A DNA stretch of 62,152 nucleotides, the filler included, from Chiloscyllium plagiosum (taxonomy: Eukaryota): NCBI RefSeq assembly GCF_004010195.1. It is 4 parts of one record of this genome, joined end to end, with 100 filler letters (N's around TTAATTAATTAA, not from the genome) between each part and the next. Parts side by side here need not be neighbours in the genome. Positions count along the whole stretch, not along the records: positions 18,490 to 46,465 come from NC_057710.1; 3 more parts are not named here. One strand, written 5' to 3'. The position numbers and the translations under genes are program-made. The first letter of the stretch is position 1; each line of letters starts with the position of its first letter. The notes under the pieces were generated by a model. It saw only the letters and a program-made list of their open reading frames with translations, was not told where the DNA came from and did not search any database. This document shows positions 25,401 to 38,920 of this stretch, piece after piece.

Positions 25401-26045
25401 TCAGCCAACGTTGTCTATCTGATATGTTGTAGGCAAGGATGCCCTGAGGCATGATACATTGGCGAGACCGAGCTGAGGCTACGGCAATGGATGAATGGAC
25501 ACCGCACAACAACCAACAGACAGGAATGTTCCCTTCCAGTGGGAGAACACTTCAGCAGTCTGGGACATTCAACTTTGAACCTTTGAGTGACTGTCCTCCA
25601 AGGCGGACTTTGGGACAGGCAACAGCAAAAAGTGGCCGAACGGAGACTGATGGCCAAGTTTGGTACCCATGGGGATAGCCTCAACAGGACCTTGGGTTCA
25701 TGTTACATTATAGGTGACTCCACTGCACAATACACACACACAGACACACACAGACACAAACACTCCTACACACACTTCTACAGAAACACAGACACTCCTA
25801 CAGACACACACACTCTCCTACAGACCCATACACTCACGCAGGCCCTCTCTCATACACAAGCTCTCTCTCATACGTTCACACATATACATCCACACTTACA
25901 CGCACACATGCACCCTCTCACAGATTTATACCTCTTTACACTCACACTCACACATATGCACAGACACAGGTTTGTGGGGTGAAATAGTATTTGCCGAATT
26001 ACATTTTATTTTGCTCAAAAACTGCATGAATCCATATAAGATCTC
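25401..26045 (+). mobile_element. Penelope-like element GIY-YIG endonuclease pseudogene plus CA-rich 3' region
   Basis: Manual translation from 25401: SANVVYLICCRQGCPEA*YIGETELRLRQWMNGHR..LPVGEHFS..AERRLMAKFGT..DSLNR. A CA-rich tract follows at ~25730-25970. Confidence 0.85.
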
Positions 26046-26059
26046 CCTGCTAGATGAAA

Positions 26060-26565
26060 AATGTTGGTAAATTTGAAAGGATTCAGTAAAGATTCACAAA
26101 GCTGTTGCTGGAATTGGAGGGTTTGAGCTTTGGGGAGAGCTGAATAGGTTGGGGCTGTTTTCCCTAGAGTGGAGGCTGAGGGGTGACTTTATAGAGATTT
26201 ATAAAATCACGAGGGGCATGGACAGGGTGAATAGCCAAGGTGTCTCTTTTTCCATGTAGGGGAGTCCAAAACTAGAGGGCATAGCTTTAAGGTGAGAGGG
26301 GAAAGATTTCAAAGGGATCTGAAGGACAACATTTTCAGGCAGAAGGTGGTGCATGTATGGAATGAGCTGCCAGAAGAGGTTGTAGAAGCTGGTACAATTA
26401 CACTTAAAAAGCACCTGGATGGGTGCATGAATAGAAAGAGTTTGGAGGGATATGGGCCAAATGCTGGCAAATAGGATGAGGTCAGATCGGGGTGTCAGAT
26501 AGGGTATGGATGAGCTGGACCAAAGGGTCTGTTTCCGTGCTGTGCATTTCTATGACTCTATGACC
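26060..26565 (+). mobile_element. CR1 3' fragment
   Basis: ORF 26292-26474 (VWNELPEEVVEAGTI). Tail CTATGACTCTATGAC. Confidence 0.85.
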
Positions 26566-26739
26566 TGGCACAGGCTGAATTTCCTCATTCTTTGCTGCAT
26601 CATTCCATGATCCTGTGATTCTAATACTTTGTAAATACTGAACAAAATCATATTACAAACCAACAGCCCACTTGGCATTCATTCTGGATGGTTAAGACAT
26701 TTATGGGATAACATTGGTCCTCAACAAAGCAAGATGGAG

Positions 26740-27042
26740 ACAAAGGACAGCAACTCTATGCGTGCTGTCTCCAGCAGATTACCTCCTCACAGCTTTTATG
26801 ATCATTCTATTCTTTTAAATCACAATTTTATATCTGTCAGAATTACTAACAATGTTCTTTCGATGGACTTCTCCTATATTAGAGTTGATCTTCTCTGCAG
26901 TGGTAACAATATACCCTGTATTCTGTTCTATTATGCTGATGTACTTATGTAAGGTATGATTTGCCTGGATAGCATGCTAAACAATAGTTTTCACTGTATC
27001 TTGGTACGTATGACAATAATAAATCAAAGCAAATCAAATCAA
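26740..27042 (+). mobile_element. Rex1/Babar-type 3' tail fragment
   Basis: AGTTTTCACTGTATCTTGGTACGTATGACAATAATAAATCAAAGCAAATCAAATCAA resembles the end of the element at ~61290-61341. Confidence 0.55.
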
Positions 27043-27410
27043 TAGATTTTAGAGTTTGATATATCAAAGATATTTGTATACATCTCCAGGTACCAGTCTC
27101 ACGCCAGGATTTGTTGCAATGCAAGGTCCGCATATGCTGTGTTTCAATGGACAGATAGTCAAGCTGGGAAGTTTTACTCCACTTCAATACATTCAAAGGG
27201 GAATAATGTGACTGAAAATATGTTTAAATATCAATTTTATGGACAGACTTAGAGTCATAGAGTCAAAGAGCTGTACAGCACAGAAACAGACCATGCTTTT
27301 ATATAAAATATATTGTAAATAATTGGGGCCCCAGCGCTGATCATTGTGGCACTCCACTGCTTACATATTACCATCCTGAAAATGCCCTTTTTGTCTCAAC
27401 TCTGTCTTAG

Positions 27411-30400
27411 AATCATAGAATCATAGAGATGTACAGCATGGAAACAAACCCTTTGGTCCAACTCGTCTATGCTGACCAGATATACCAACCCAATCGAGTC
27501 CCATTTGCCAGCACTTGGCCCATTTCCCTCCAAACCCTTCCTATTCATATACCCATCCAGAAGCCTTTTAAACGATGCAATTGTACCAGCCTCCACCACT
27601 TCCTCTGGCAGCTCATTACATGCATGCACCACCCTCTGCGTGAAAAAAGTTGCCCCTGAGGTCCCTTTTATGTCTTTCCCCTCTCACCCTAAACCTATGC
27701 CCTCTAGTTTTGGACTCTCCCACCACAGGGAAAAGGCTTTGTTTATTTAACCTGTTCATGCCCCTTTATGAGGTCACCCCTCAGCCTCTGACACTCCAGG
27801 GAAAACAGCCCCAGCCTATTCAACCTCTCCCTTTAGCTCAAATCCTCCAACCTTGGCAACATCCTTGTAAATCTTTTCTGAACCTTTTCAAGCTTCACAA
27901 CATCCTTCCGATAAGAAGGAGACCAGAATTGCACACAATATTCCAAAAGTGGCCGAACCAACATCCAGTACAGTCGCAACATGACCTCCCAACTCCTAAA
28001 CTCAATGCTCTGACGAATAAAGGAAAGCATACCAAACACCTTCTTCACTATCCTATCTACCTGTGACTCTACTTTTAAGGAGCTATGAACTTGCACTCCA
28101 AGGTCTCTTTGTTCAGCAACACTCCCTCTGACCTTACCATTAAATGTATAAGCCCTAAGAAGTTTTGCTTTCCCAAAATGTAACACCTCACATTTATCTA
28201 AATTAAACTCCATTTGCCACTCCTCAGCCCATTGGCCCATTTGATCAAGATCCCATTGTAATCTGAGGTAACCTTCTTAGCTAAGCACTACAACTCCAAT
28301 TTTGGTGTAATCTGCAAACTATACCTCCTATGTTCATATCCAATTGGCGGCTGGTACAATTGCAACATTTAAGAGGCATTTGGATAGGTATATGAACAGG
28401 AAGGGTTTGGAGGGTTATGGGCCGGGTGCTGGCAGGTGGGACTAGATTGGGTTGGGATATCTGGTCGGCATGGGTGGGTTGGACCGAAGGGTCTGTTTCC
28501 ATGCTGTACATCTCTATGACTCTATGACTCTATGACATAAAGTAGTAGACCCAGCACTGACCCTTGTGGTTCTCCACTGGTCACAGGCCTCCAGTCTGAA
28601 AAACAACCCTCACCACACTCTGTCTTCTATTTTCAGCCGGTTCTATATACAAATGGCTAGTTATCCCTGTATTCCTTGAGATCTAACCTTGCTCACCAAT
28701 GTCCTATGGGGAACCTTGACGAGCACCTTACTGAAGACCATATAGACCACATCCACTACTCTGCCCTCATCAATCCTCCTTGTTACTTCTTGAAAAAACT
28801 CAAATAAGTGTGTAAGACATTGTTTCCCACGCACAAAGCTATGTTGACTATCCCTAATCAGTCCTTGCCTCTCCAAATACATGTACATCCTATCCCTCAG
28901 GATTCCCTCCAACAACTTGCCCACCACCGACGTCACCAGTCTATCATTCCCTGGCTTGTCCTTACAACCTTTCTGAAATAATGGTACCACGTTAGCCAAC
29001 CTCCAGTCTTCTGGCACCTCACTTGTGACTATCAATGATACAAATATCTCAGCAAGGGGCCCAGCAATTATTTCTCTAGCTTCCCACAGAGTTCAAGGTT
29101 ACACCTGATCAGGTCCTGGAGATTTATCCACCATTATGCATTCCAAGATATCCAGTACTTCCTCCTCTGTAATATGGACATGTTTCAAGAAATCACCATC
29201 TATTTCCCTACATTCTATATCTTCCATGTCCTTCTCCACAGTAAACACTGGTGCAAAATACTCGTTTAGTATCTTCCCCATCTTCTGTGGCTCTACACAA
29301 AGGCTTATTTCTGAAGGCTTCCCATTTTCCAGCCGTCTCTTTACCTGTAAACATCTGTACCCAATCAGCTTTTGAAAATTCTTGCCTAATACCATCAAAA
29401 TTAGCCTTCCTCCAGTTTAGAACTTAACTGTTAGATCTGGTCTATCCTTTTCCATCACGATTTTAAAACTAATAGAATTATGGTCGCTGGCCCCAAAATG
29501 CTCCCCCACTGACACCTCAGTCACCTGCCCTGCCTTATTTCCTAAGAGTAGGTCAAGTTTTGCACCTTCTCTAGTAAGTACATCCACATATTGGCTCAGA
29601 AAGATTTCTTGTACACTCTTAACAAACTCCTCTCCATCTAAACCCTTAACACTATGGCAGTCCCAGTCTATCTTTGGGAAGTTAAAATCCCCGACCATAA
29701 CCACCCTATTCTTCTTACAGATAGCTGAGATCTCCTTACAAGTTTGTTTCTCAATTTCCCTCTGACTATTGGGGGGTCTATAATACAATCCCAATAAGGT
29801 GATCATACTTTTCTTATTTCTCAGTTCCACCCAAATAACTTCCCTCGATGTATTTCCAGGAATAACCTCCCTCAGTACAGCTGTAATGCTATCCCTTATC
29901 AAAAACCCCACTCCCCCTCCTCTCTTGCCTCCCTTTCTATCCTTCCTATAGAATTTGTATCCTGGAATGTTAAGCTTCCAGTCCTTTCCATCCCTGAGCC
30001 ATGTTTCTGTAATTGCTACGATATCCCAGTCCCATGTTCCTAACCATGCCCTGAGTTCATCTGCTTTCCTTGTTTGGCCCCTTGCATTGAAATAAATGCA
30101 GTTTAATTTATCAGTCCAACCTTGTTTTCTGCTTGTTCCTGCCTGCTCTGACTGTTTGACTCGCTTCTTTTCTCTATTGTACCCATCTTAGATTGGTCTC
30201 TTTCCTCAGTATCTCCCTGGGTCCCACCTCCCACCTTACTAGTTTAAATCCTCCCGAGCAGCTCTAGCAAATCTCCTTGCCAGTATATTAGTCCCCTTCC
30301 AATTCAGATGTAATCCATCCTTCTTATACAGGTCACTTCTACCTCAGAAGAGATTCCAATGATCCAAAAATGTGAATCCTTCTCCCATATACCAGCTGTT

Positions 30401-31345
30401 TAGCCACACGTTCATCTGCTCTGTCCTCCTATTCCTACTCTCACTAGCTTGTAGCACCAAGTAATTCAGATATTACTACTCTCGAGGACCTCCTTTTTAA
30501 ATTTCTGCCTAACTTTCTACATTCTCCCTTCAAAATCTCATCCTTTTCCATTCCTATGTTGTTGGTTTGAATGTGTACAATGATGTCCCTCTCCCCTTTG
30601 AGAACATTCTGCACCCTCTCTGAGACATCCTTGATCCTGGCACCAGGGAGGTAACACACCATTCTGATGTCTCGCTGCTGGCCACAGAAACGTCTGTCTT
30701 TGCTGTGACTAAAGAGTCCCCTAACACAATCGATCCCTTGGAACCCGATGTAACCCTCATTACATTAGAGCCAGTCTTGATATAGAAACTTTGCTGTTCG
30801 TGCTACATTCCTGAAGTCCATCACCCCATGCGTTTTCCAAAACACCATGTTTGTTTGAAATGGGGATAGCCACAGAAGACTCTTGTACTATCCACCCACC
30901 TCGCCTACCTTTCTTGAATTTAACCCATCTACCTAACTGTATCTGCGGCTTTTCTCCCTTCCTATAACTGCTATCCATCACACCCCCTAGCTCTTGTAAA
31001 TTCCTCATTGCCTCTAACTGTCACTCTAACCAATCCATTTGATCTGACAGGATTCACAAACAATGACATTTATTGCAGATATAACCCTCAGTAACCCTTA
31101 ATCTCTCATGAAACTCCCACATCTGACAATAAGAGCATATCACTCTACTAAAGGCCATTTTGCTCTTTCCAATCTACATACACAGAAAATATTGCTCTAC
31201 AAAACACTACTTCGGGCTAACTTAATACTTATGGCTTATATTTTAAAAATTTAATCAAGAGACAGATCTCATAATCAAGAAAGAACCCACTCTACTCACT
31301 AATGTAGATTTACTGCAAAGCTATACTTAAAATTATTTATTTATC
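27411..31345 (-). mobile_element. Second near full-length CR1 of the 9151-13450 family, with an internal deletion near 29.3 kb and a nested (+) CR1 tail at ~28347-28535
   Basis: ORFs 27833-28240, 28661-29035, 29099-29398, 29417-29911 (YYRPP..GDFN..SDHN), 30444-30662 and 30760-31008 are collinear with the first copy. Confidence 0.93.
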
Positions 31346-31729
31346 TGGTTTTGTGCATCCCTCACTTAATAAAGGAGAAAAAGTCTTTTCTTGGTTTTGA
31401 TAACTTGAATAGATTAGATATCATTGTAACTGCTAATATCATAAATATACTTATTGTACTGAGGACAATTCAACCATGTGTTTAACTTTTAAAAAAATGT
31501 TGTTTATACCCAGAACTTCAGTCTGCTATAACATATATTTTGGTAATACATGAATTAATTATTAATCACTTCATGCGATCATGCATGATATTCTAATAAA
31601 CTGGAATTTAAAATCACAAGGTGTGAGTAGCTCTCAAAATACTAATAGTTGCTTTTGTAGGGTCAATGGCGAAAATGTGACTAAATGCCTGTAGCCAAAT
31701 ACAGAAACAGAGTTGAATTGTTGCAATCA

Positions 31730-32435
31730 ACAACTTTGAAAGTGTATCCACAGCAGATCCTCCAGCAGAATTGAGGCCCCATCTCTCCAGACAATGTGTG
31801 CTCCTCTAATTGTACAGATACAAGATCCAGAGGGAGTTGCTGCTGCTGCAACCCCTGCAGGAGATGAGGAAGAATTTTGCAAGGCGATGCAAGACACCCA
31901 TATCAACGGGATCTCACGGGCATTCTTGGAAAATGAGCCTCAGATGATTTTGCAAATGTACAATTTGCTCTGTAGTGGACGGAAATTCCACCAACATTGT
32001 TTCACAACAGGTCATTCACTGTGTGTCTCCCATGGATATTCACACCACTGTCATTGAAATTTCAGCACAGGATGCATTTCAAGCACTGGTAGATTTTGGG
32101 ATTGGTTGGACAAACTGGCTGAGGCAGATTTTAATGGTCTCACTATTTCAATCAGCTTTCTGGAAATGCAGATTGATACTAAGGTGGGAGTTTGCTCAGT
32201 AACAGGCATGGCCCCAAGGTACATAAAAGAATATATGCAATCTTTCAAGACATGGGCACATAAAGGCTTCTCCATGCCAACTTTCACCAATGCTGACAAG
32301 CTGATTAGAAAACTGTCTTTAATAGCACTCAGCCGTCATGCACCGAGAGCCAATATCAACAAACGATAAACAACTTTTATCTCAGAGGCAGCAGTTAAAC
32401 AAAGTACCACAATAGGTTTAATAGGAAATTTGTAG
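31730..32435 (+). pseudogene. Candidate endogenous bornavirus-like nucleoprotein element (EBLN-like), frameshifted
   Basis: Three overlapping ORFs (31794, 31975, 32106) stitch into a protein-like sequence with collinear resemblance to bornavirus N as I recall it. This is unverified; see findings. Confidence 0.45.
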
Positions 32436-32481
32436 TTGGCTTGTGTCTTGAAAGGGTACTTGGGAAAAAAGACAAAGAGTA

Positions 32482-32671
32482 CAGTCATTTCTTCTATAAC
32501 GCTGTTCTGATCGTGTGCGAACCCACGCTATACAAAAGGCGTTGGCAATCTCATCATGTTATAGCCAACACATGATTAACAAACTCGTGTTTCAGAAACA
32601 GCGTCCCCAATTCACCAATGTGTTACAGCCAATTTGTGTGAACAAAAGACACATTTTCGCAGAACTGACTG
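32482..32671. mobile_element. Tc1/mariner-pogo (Tigger-like) MITE
   Basis: TA flanks at 32480-81 and 32672-73. Imperfect TIRs CAGTCATTTCTTCTATAACG and CAGTCAGTTCTGCGAAAATG (reverse complement). Confidence 0.7.
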
Positions 32672-32904
32672 TACGAGTAAAGGGATTGATGGATATGCCT
32701 TTTGTTTTTCACTTTTAGAAAAAAATTGTGTCTGGAACATTACGGAATCTACTGAGAAAAAATTTGGAAGTATGACAACTTGTGAGGAATGACAGATTTC
32801 ACAGAGGTACATGTAATAGCATGTCGCCATTTGTCATATTTTCTGTTAATGTAGTTGTGGAATGCTAGGCACAAAGGTCAGATTTCCATTTCCAGAACAC
32901 TCAT

Positions 32905-35696
32905 GGCTTGAAGAATAAAATAATAATAAGTGATTTTAGTTCACCAAACATTAACTGGGACTACCACAGTGTTAAAAATTTGGATGGTGAAGAATTTGTT
33001 AAATATGTTCAAGAAGAATTTCTTTATGAATATATAAATCTTTCTACTAGAGAAGGAGCAAAACTTGACCTTCTCTTGGCTAATAAGAGAGGGCAAGTGA
33101 CCGAAGTGATAGTAGGGTCTAGTGATCATAATTCTATTTGTCTTAAAATGGAAAAAGATAATACAGCCATAAAAATTAAAGTCTTTAACTGGAGTAAGGC
33201 AAATTTTAATGGTACAAGACAAGAAGCTGAATATGCTGAGGCTGTTTTCCCTGGAGTGTCAGAGGCTGAGGAGTGACCTTATAGAGGCTTACAAATCATG
33301 AGGGGCATTGATAGGTTAAATAGATAAGGTCTTTTCCCTGGGGTGGGGGAGTCCAGAATAGAGAACAGAGGTTTAAGGAGAGAGGGGAATGAATTAAAAG
33401 AGGCCTACAGAGCAACATTTTTATGCACAGGATGGTGCATGTATGGAATGAGCTACCAGAGGAAGTGGTGGAGTCTGCTACAATGACAACATTTAAAAAG
33501 CATCGGGATGGGTATATGAGTAGGAAGGGTTTAGAGGCAAATGGGTCCAAATTAATTTAGGATATCTGGTCAGCAGGGATGAGTTGGACCGAAGGATCTG
33601 TTTCCCTGATGAACATCTCTATGACTCTTTAACTTGCAAAAATTGAATGCAGTAGACTGTTTGCAGGTAAAGGGACACCTGATGCGTGGGAGGCTTTCAA
33701 AAGGGTGATAACGAGAGTTCGGAGTCACTATGTTTCTGTTAGAGTGAGGGGTAGAATTAGAAAGTAATGGATGAATAAAGACATTGAGGTTCTAATTAAG
33801 AATAAAAAAATCATAAATTAGACATAGACTACTGGGTTCAAATGAATCTCTTGAACAGTATAAAGAGTGTTGGACATTCTTAAGAGGGAAATCAGGAAGG
33901 CAAAGAGAGGATATGAAATAGCTTATGCACATAAGATTAAAGATAATGGAAAGAGACTCTACAAGTACATTAAGAACAAAACAGCAACTAAGGAAAGAAT
34001 AGGACCCTTTGGCGATCAAACAGGTTGAACCTCAGGAGATGGGGAGCTAATAAATCAATATTTCATATTAGTTTTTACTGTGGATGAAGAAATGAAGGCA
34101 AGAGTACTTAGGGAAATTAATATTACGTTACAGAAGAGGAATTGCTGAAGTTCTTAGAAAATATAAAGATAGATAGATCGCTGGGACTTGGTCTAGTTTA
34201 TTGCAGGAATTTGTTGGAAGTTATGGAGGAAATTGCAGGGCCCCTTGCAGAAATATTTGCAAAATCCATAATAACAGGTAAGATGCGGATGACGGGAGAG
34301 CGGCTAATGTTGTTTAAGAAGGGATGTAAGGACAAGCCTGAGAACTGTAGACCTGTGAGTCTGACTTTGGTGATGGGTTAAGTTGCTAGAGGTGATTCTG
34401 AAAGATAGGATTTATATGCATTTGGAGAGGCAAAACATTATTAGGGATCGTGCGAGGTAAATTATGTCTCAAAAACTTGAGTGAGATTTTTGAGGGAGTA
34501 ACCAAGAAGATTGATGAGGCAGAGTGGTAGGCATAGTTCACTTGGACTTTACTAAAGCCTTTGACAAGGTTCTGCATGGTAGACTAATTAGTAAAGTTAG
34601 ATCACATGGAATTCAGGGTGACCTTGCCAGATGGACATAAAATTGGCTTAATGACAGAAGATAGAGAGTAATGGTGGAGGGTTGATTTTTGGATGGAGGC
34701 TTGTGACTAGTGGTGTTCACGGGGATCGGTGCTAGGTCTATTTTTGTTTGTCATTTATTCAAATGGTTTAGATAAGAATATTAAAGGCATGGTTGGCAAG
34801 TTTGCAGATGATACCAAGATTGGTGGTTGTAGTGGACTGTGAAGAAGGTTATCTAATATTGCAAAGAAATCTTGATCAGTTGGGTCAATGGGCTGAAGAG
34901 TGCAGATGGAGTTTAATTTGGATAAATTTGAGGTATTGCATTTTGATAAAACAAACAAGGGCAGAACTTATACGATTAAAAGTAGGTTCGTGTTGTAGAA
35001 CAGAGAGACCTCGGGGTTCAGGTACATAATTCTTTGAGGTTTGCATCACATATAGATAGGGTGGTTAAGAAGGTATTTAGCACACTTACCTTCATTGCTC
35101 AGAATAGGAGTTGGGATGTTACATTGAGGTTGTGCTCGGCACTCATGAGGCCTCCTCTGGTGTACTGTGTCCACTACTGATCGCACTGTTATAGGGAGGA
35201 TATTATTAAGCTGGATATGGTTCAGAAGAGAGATTTACCAGGATGTTGCTGAGAATGCAGGGTTTGAGTTATGGGGAGAGGCTGGATAGCCTGTGACATT
35301 CTTCACTGAGCATAGGAGCTTGAAATGTGACCTTATAGAGGCTTATAAATCATGAGGGGCATACATAAGGTGAATGGCAAGTATCTTTTTGCTAGGGTTG
35401 GGATTTCAAGATGAGGGGTTATATTTTTAAGGTGAGAGGAAAAAGATTTATGAAAGGTACGAGGGGAAATCTTTTTACACATAGGGTGGCTCTTGTGTGC
35501 AATGAACTTCCAGAGGAAGTGGTGTATACAGTTACAACACTTAAAAGACATTAGATAAGTACATGAATATGAAATGTTTGGAGGGATGTGGGCTAAGCAC
35601 AGGCAGGTAGGACTAGTTTAGTGTGGGATTATGGTCAGCATGGACTGGTTGAACTGAAGGGTCTATTTCCATGTTGTATGACTATATGACTCTATA
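32905..35696 (+). mobile_element. CR1 ORF2 (EN to RT to 3' tail), degenerate, with a nested CR1 tail at ~33230-33630
   Basis: ORFs 32908-33276 (TREGAKLDLLL..SDHN) and 34142-34381, KFADDTK at ~34800, and tail TATGACTATATGACTCTAT. Confidence 0.9.
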
Positions 35697-35789
35697 AAAT
35701 GGTTAATGTGCCATTTTGCTTAGTGCCATTGATGATAGAATAATAAAATGTCTAACTCAAAACAGAAAATTCAATAAAGTTTAGTTTTA

Positions 35790-36260
35790 TTCAGTCAAGA
35801 GATGTGAGTGTTGCTGGGGCAACAAAACATTTTTCTCATTCCTACTTACTGTTGATGAGTGGTCATTTTGAACAGTTCATGTGGTGGAGGGACACCCATT
35901 TGCTATTAGGAAGAGAGATCCAGGATCTTGATCCAGCAACAGTGAGGGGACAGAGGTATATTTACAAGTCAGGAGAGAATATGACCTGGTGTGAATCTTG
36001 CAGTTGATGGAAGTCCTATTTTTCTGCTGCACTTGCCCTTCTGGATGATAATGGTAATGGGCTTGAAGGTTGTTGTTGAGTTGCTTGAAGGTTGTTGTTG
36101 AGTTGCTTGTACACTGACATCATTACAATAGTGGTGCAAGGAGCAAGTTGGTGGAAGGAGATTCAATAAAGTCGGTAGGCTGCTTTGCCCAGGATGGCTT
36201 TAAGTTCTGTTGGTCTTGCATTCATTCAGACAAATGGTGAGCATTCCTTCCCCCAACTGT
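35790..36260 (-). mobile_element. Old LINE 3' fragment (family also seen at ~48740-49400, 57125-57415 and 59725-60060)
   Basis: Shares the GATGTGAGTGTTGCTGG..CATT.. end motif with those copies. Clade not resolved. Confidence 0.5.
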
Positions 36261-37881
36261 GATATGGGGCTCTAGAATTCCTGTGGATGCATTACTAAAA
36301 GCAGTCACAACCTCCTTAGTAGTGCTATTGAGCAATGGAGACTTGCTGATCTTTTATTGAATGGCAGCTCTTGGGGGAGGCACCTAATTTGTCAGAATCA
36401 CCCAATAAAACATGGAATGAGGCTCACGAGCTTTTCAGCTTATGGGTGGGTCACCTATTGTCGCCATTAAATAATACAAAATGTCTGTTACCTTGACAAG
36501 CATAATGAATTTGTGATAGTACACTGTAATAAAGGAAAGTGAAAGTGATTTTATCATCTTTTTTGAAAATGACAACTGTTATTTATCAAAGCTGCCAGAG
36601 GCTGCCTTTGAGGCTAGAGAATGTCTTGCCCTCAGAATTGTGGAGTGCGTGTAAGAGACCGTTCCAGAAACACAACAGTCATTGTAGGAAATATCTGGAC
36701 AACAGTCATTCTTTTCTTGGATATTACAAGAATTCTCAAATAAAACAAAAGAAGAAAATGTCAATGTTATGATGCAAACATTAAAATCGAGGGGACTTTT
36801 TTTTTGACTCACATTCAGAGAGAAATGTTTGACTATGCCTCCACATGTTTGGAAGATGAGCTTCCCAGACTATAATTGCTGTATATTAAAAATGAAAGTA
36901 TTCAAAAATATTTAATCAGGTTTAGGTAGGATTGCACTGTATAGAGCACATTTAAAAAAGACCTAAGCAATTATGTGCATTTTCAGCCAGGTATAATCTT
37001 AGAAATGTTTCTGTCACCAGGATCAAAAGCAAGTTTTTACCTGACTGATGTCGACTGGTTGTGTAGTGTTGTATTCTTACATGAAGCCATCAATCAAGAA
37101 GGCACCAAGTAAAAAGCCATATTTGTGTTTGCTATCCAATTATGGGTAGCAGGCAAGCTGCAAAGGCAGGAAACCCTATCAGAAGGCCTAAAGGTCTGGG
37201 TGGCTGACAACTCCTCTTTGAAGAAGCAGGTCCCGCTGAACAAGGTAGGAAACCCCTTTGCTAGGTGGTTTATGGCTCCTGCCTCATCACCAAGGATGGG
37301 GTGCAACAACATCTTAGAAGAGACATTCTGGTCCCTTGGCACACTGTTAGGTCCTACTCCTGGTCCTGTCTCCAAATCCAATCTCTGCAGGAGCAGAGAT
37401 GTTTAGCCCAGTGCCTTTTCATTTCAAGTCACATTTTTAAGCAAGAAAGATGTTGCATCTGTGTAGTGTAATTGTTAGGATCAGAAAACAATCTATTTGC
37501 AAATAATTTCTTGGTGCTTTCACTAGTATTATGGATTTAAATCTACCTAAAACATTAAAACAGGGTCTTTGAGTTTAACATCTCATTTGAAGTGCACTTT
37601 GTGAAGCAGAAGCTAAGTGAGAATTGATAACATATTGGTTCGTTTTATAAACAGCAATGTACCAATGATTAGATAATTGTGCCTTCAATGACTGAGAGAC
37701 AAGACAAGACTGCCCTGCTCTTTCTTGAAGCAGTGACATGGATCTTGTTACGTTCAACTCTCAGAGCAATGAGGGTCTTGGTTTCATGTCTCATCTGAAA
37801 GATGACATCTAGAAAATTGAACACTTCCTCAGTACGGAATACTAACCTGCACAATGTGATCAAGTGCGGTTTCCAAATATA

Positions 37882-38006
37882 GATTAGATTAGATTAGATT
37901 AGAGAATGTGCAAACTCCACACAGTCAGTCGCCTGAGGCGGGAATTGAACCCGGGTGTCTGGCACTGTGAGGCAGCAGTGCTAACTGCTGTGCCACCGTG
38001 CCGCCC
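37882..38006 (-). mobile_element. Internally deleted HE1-type SINE (head joined to the tail microsatellite)
   Basis: (GATTA)n is directly followed by GAGAATGTGCAAACTCCACAC..CCACCGTGCCGCCC. Confidence 0.8.
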
Positions 38007-38769
38007 ACAATATTTTGAAGATTGTAGAGTTTGATCTTCTCTGTGTCTTTCATAAATCTGTGTTTCACCATTACCACCTATCAACAAGCAGCATCAAAAT
38101 AAGAATTAGAAGGAAAGGTGAACTGTTGGTGTTTGAACTATCACTTATGCCCCACCCTCATACCCGGTAAGGTGGCAGCAGAGTAGGCTACTCCAGCTGG
38201 AGGTTGTCTGCTCTGCTCCATTCTTCTTTCTTTCTTTACTCCCTCCTTTCTTCCCTTCTCTTGACCTCAGACACCTGGCCCCGGCCTCCGACTCCCAATC
38301 TCTGAAGCAGGATTGGCGGGCTATAGAGAGGGCACCAGTGACCAGCGGCCCTGTATGGAGTGTGGTGGTAGTGACCCAGTGCAGTGCATGGCAGCAGCCA
38401 GTGGTCAGACCACATGGAGTCCCCCCTGCACTGGTCTGCAGCAGACAGTCCTTGGACAGATTTTATGCTGTTTGTTTTTAACTTTCTTCTTGTTTCTCTG
38501 ACCTATAGTTATACTGTGTACAGCTGTAATGCAACTTTTGTATCTTCTTTTTTTAAGGATTGTACCTAAGCTGGTGCCATGTGGTGGTGACACAGTAACT
38601 GAAGAAGCTATACCTAGGTACATTTGGACCCAAGATGGCGCCATACATAGTGACTTATAAACTTTTCATATACTCATTTGAGTACTCATTAAAACTAATT
38701 CATTTCAATTCACATCCTCCATTACAATATAACAATATCTGAGACATCCAGTGGTCATGAAAAACACTA

Positions 38770-38920
38770 TATTTCTTTTTTTTCTTATTTCTCTTTCTTT
38801 CTTTCTCTTGTTTTCTTTATATTGTTCTTTTTTCTCTTCCTTCTTCCTTCCTTCCTTCCTTCCTTCCTTCCATCCATCCTTCATTAATTCATCCATCCTT
38901 CATTCATTCATTCATTCCTT
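38770..38920. repeat. Pyrimidine-rich simple repeats (TTTC/TTCC/TCCA/TTCA)
   Basis: Direct reading of the sequence. Confidence 0.9.

Noticed and set aside
37094..37471. Cluster of overlapping ORFs
   Set aside because: No recognisable motif or splice structure. Possibly a decayed L1/Tx1-type fragment, but I cannot support that call.
38150..38700. GC-richer segment with CAAGATGGCG (YY1-like) motif
   Set aside because: It ends in a LINE-like tail and looks like a non-autonomous retroposon rather than a host promoter. The family cannot be established by eye.
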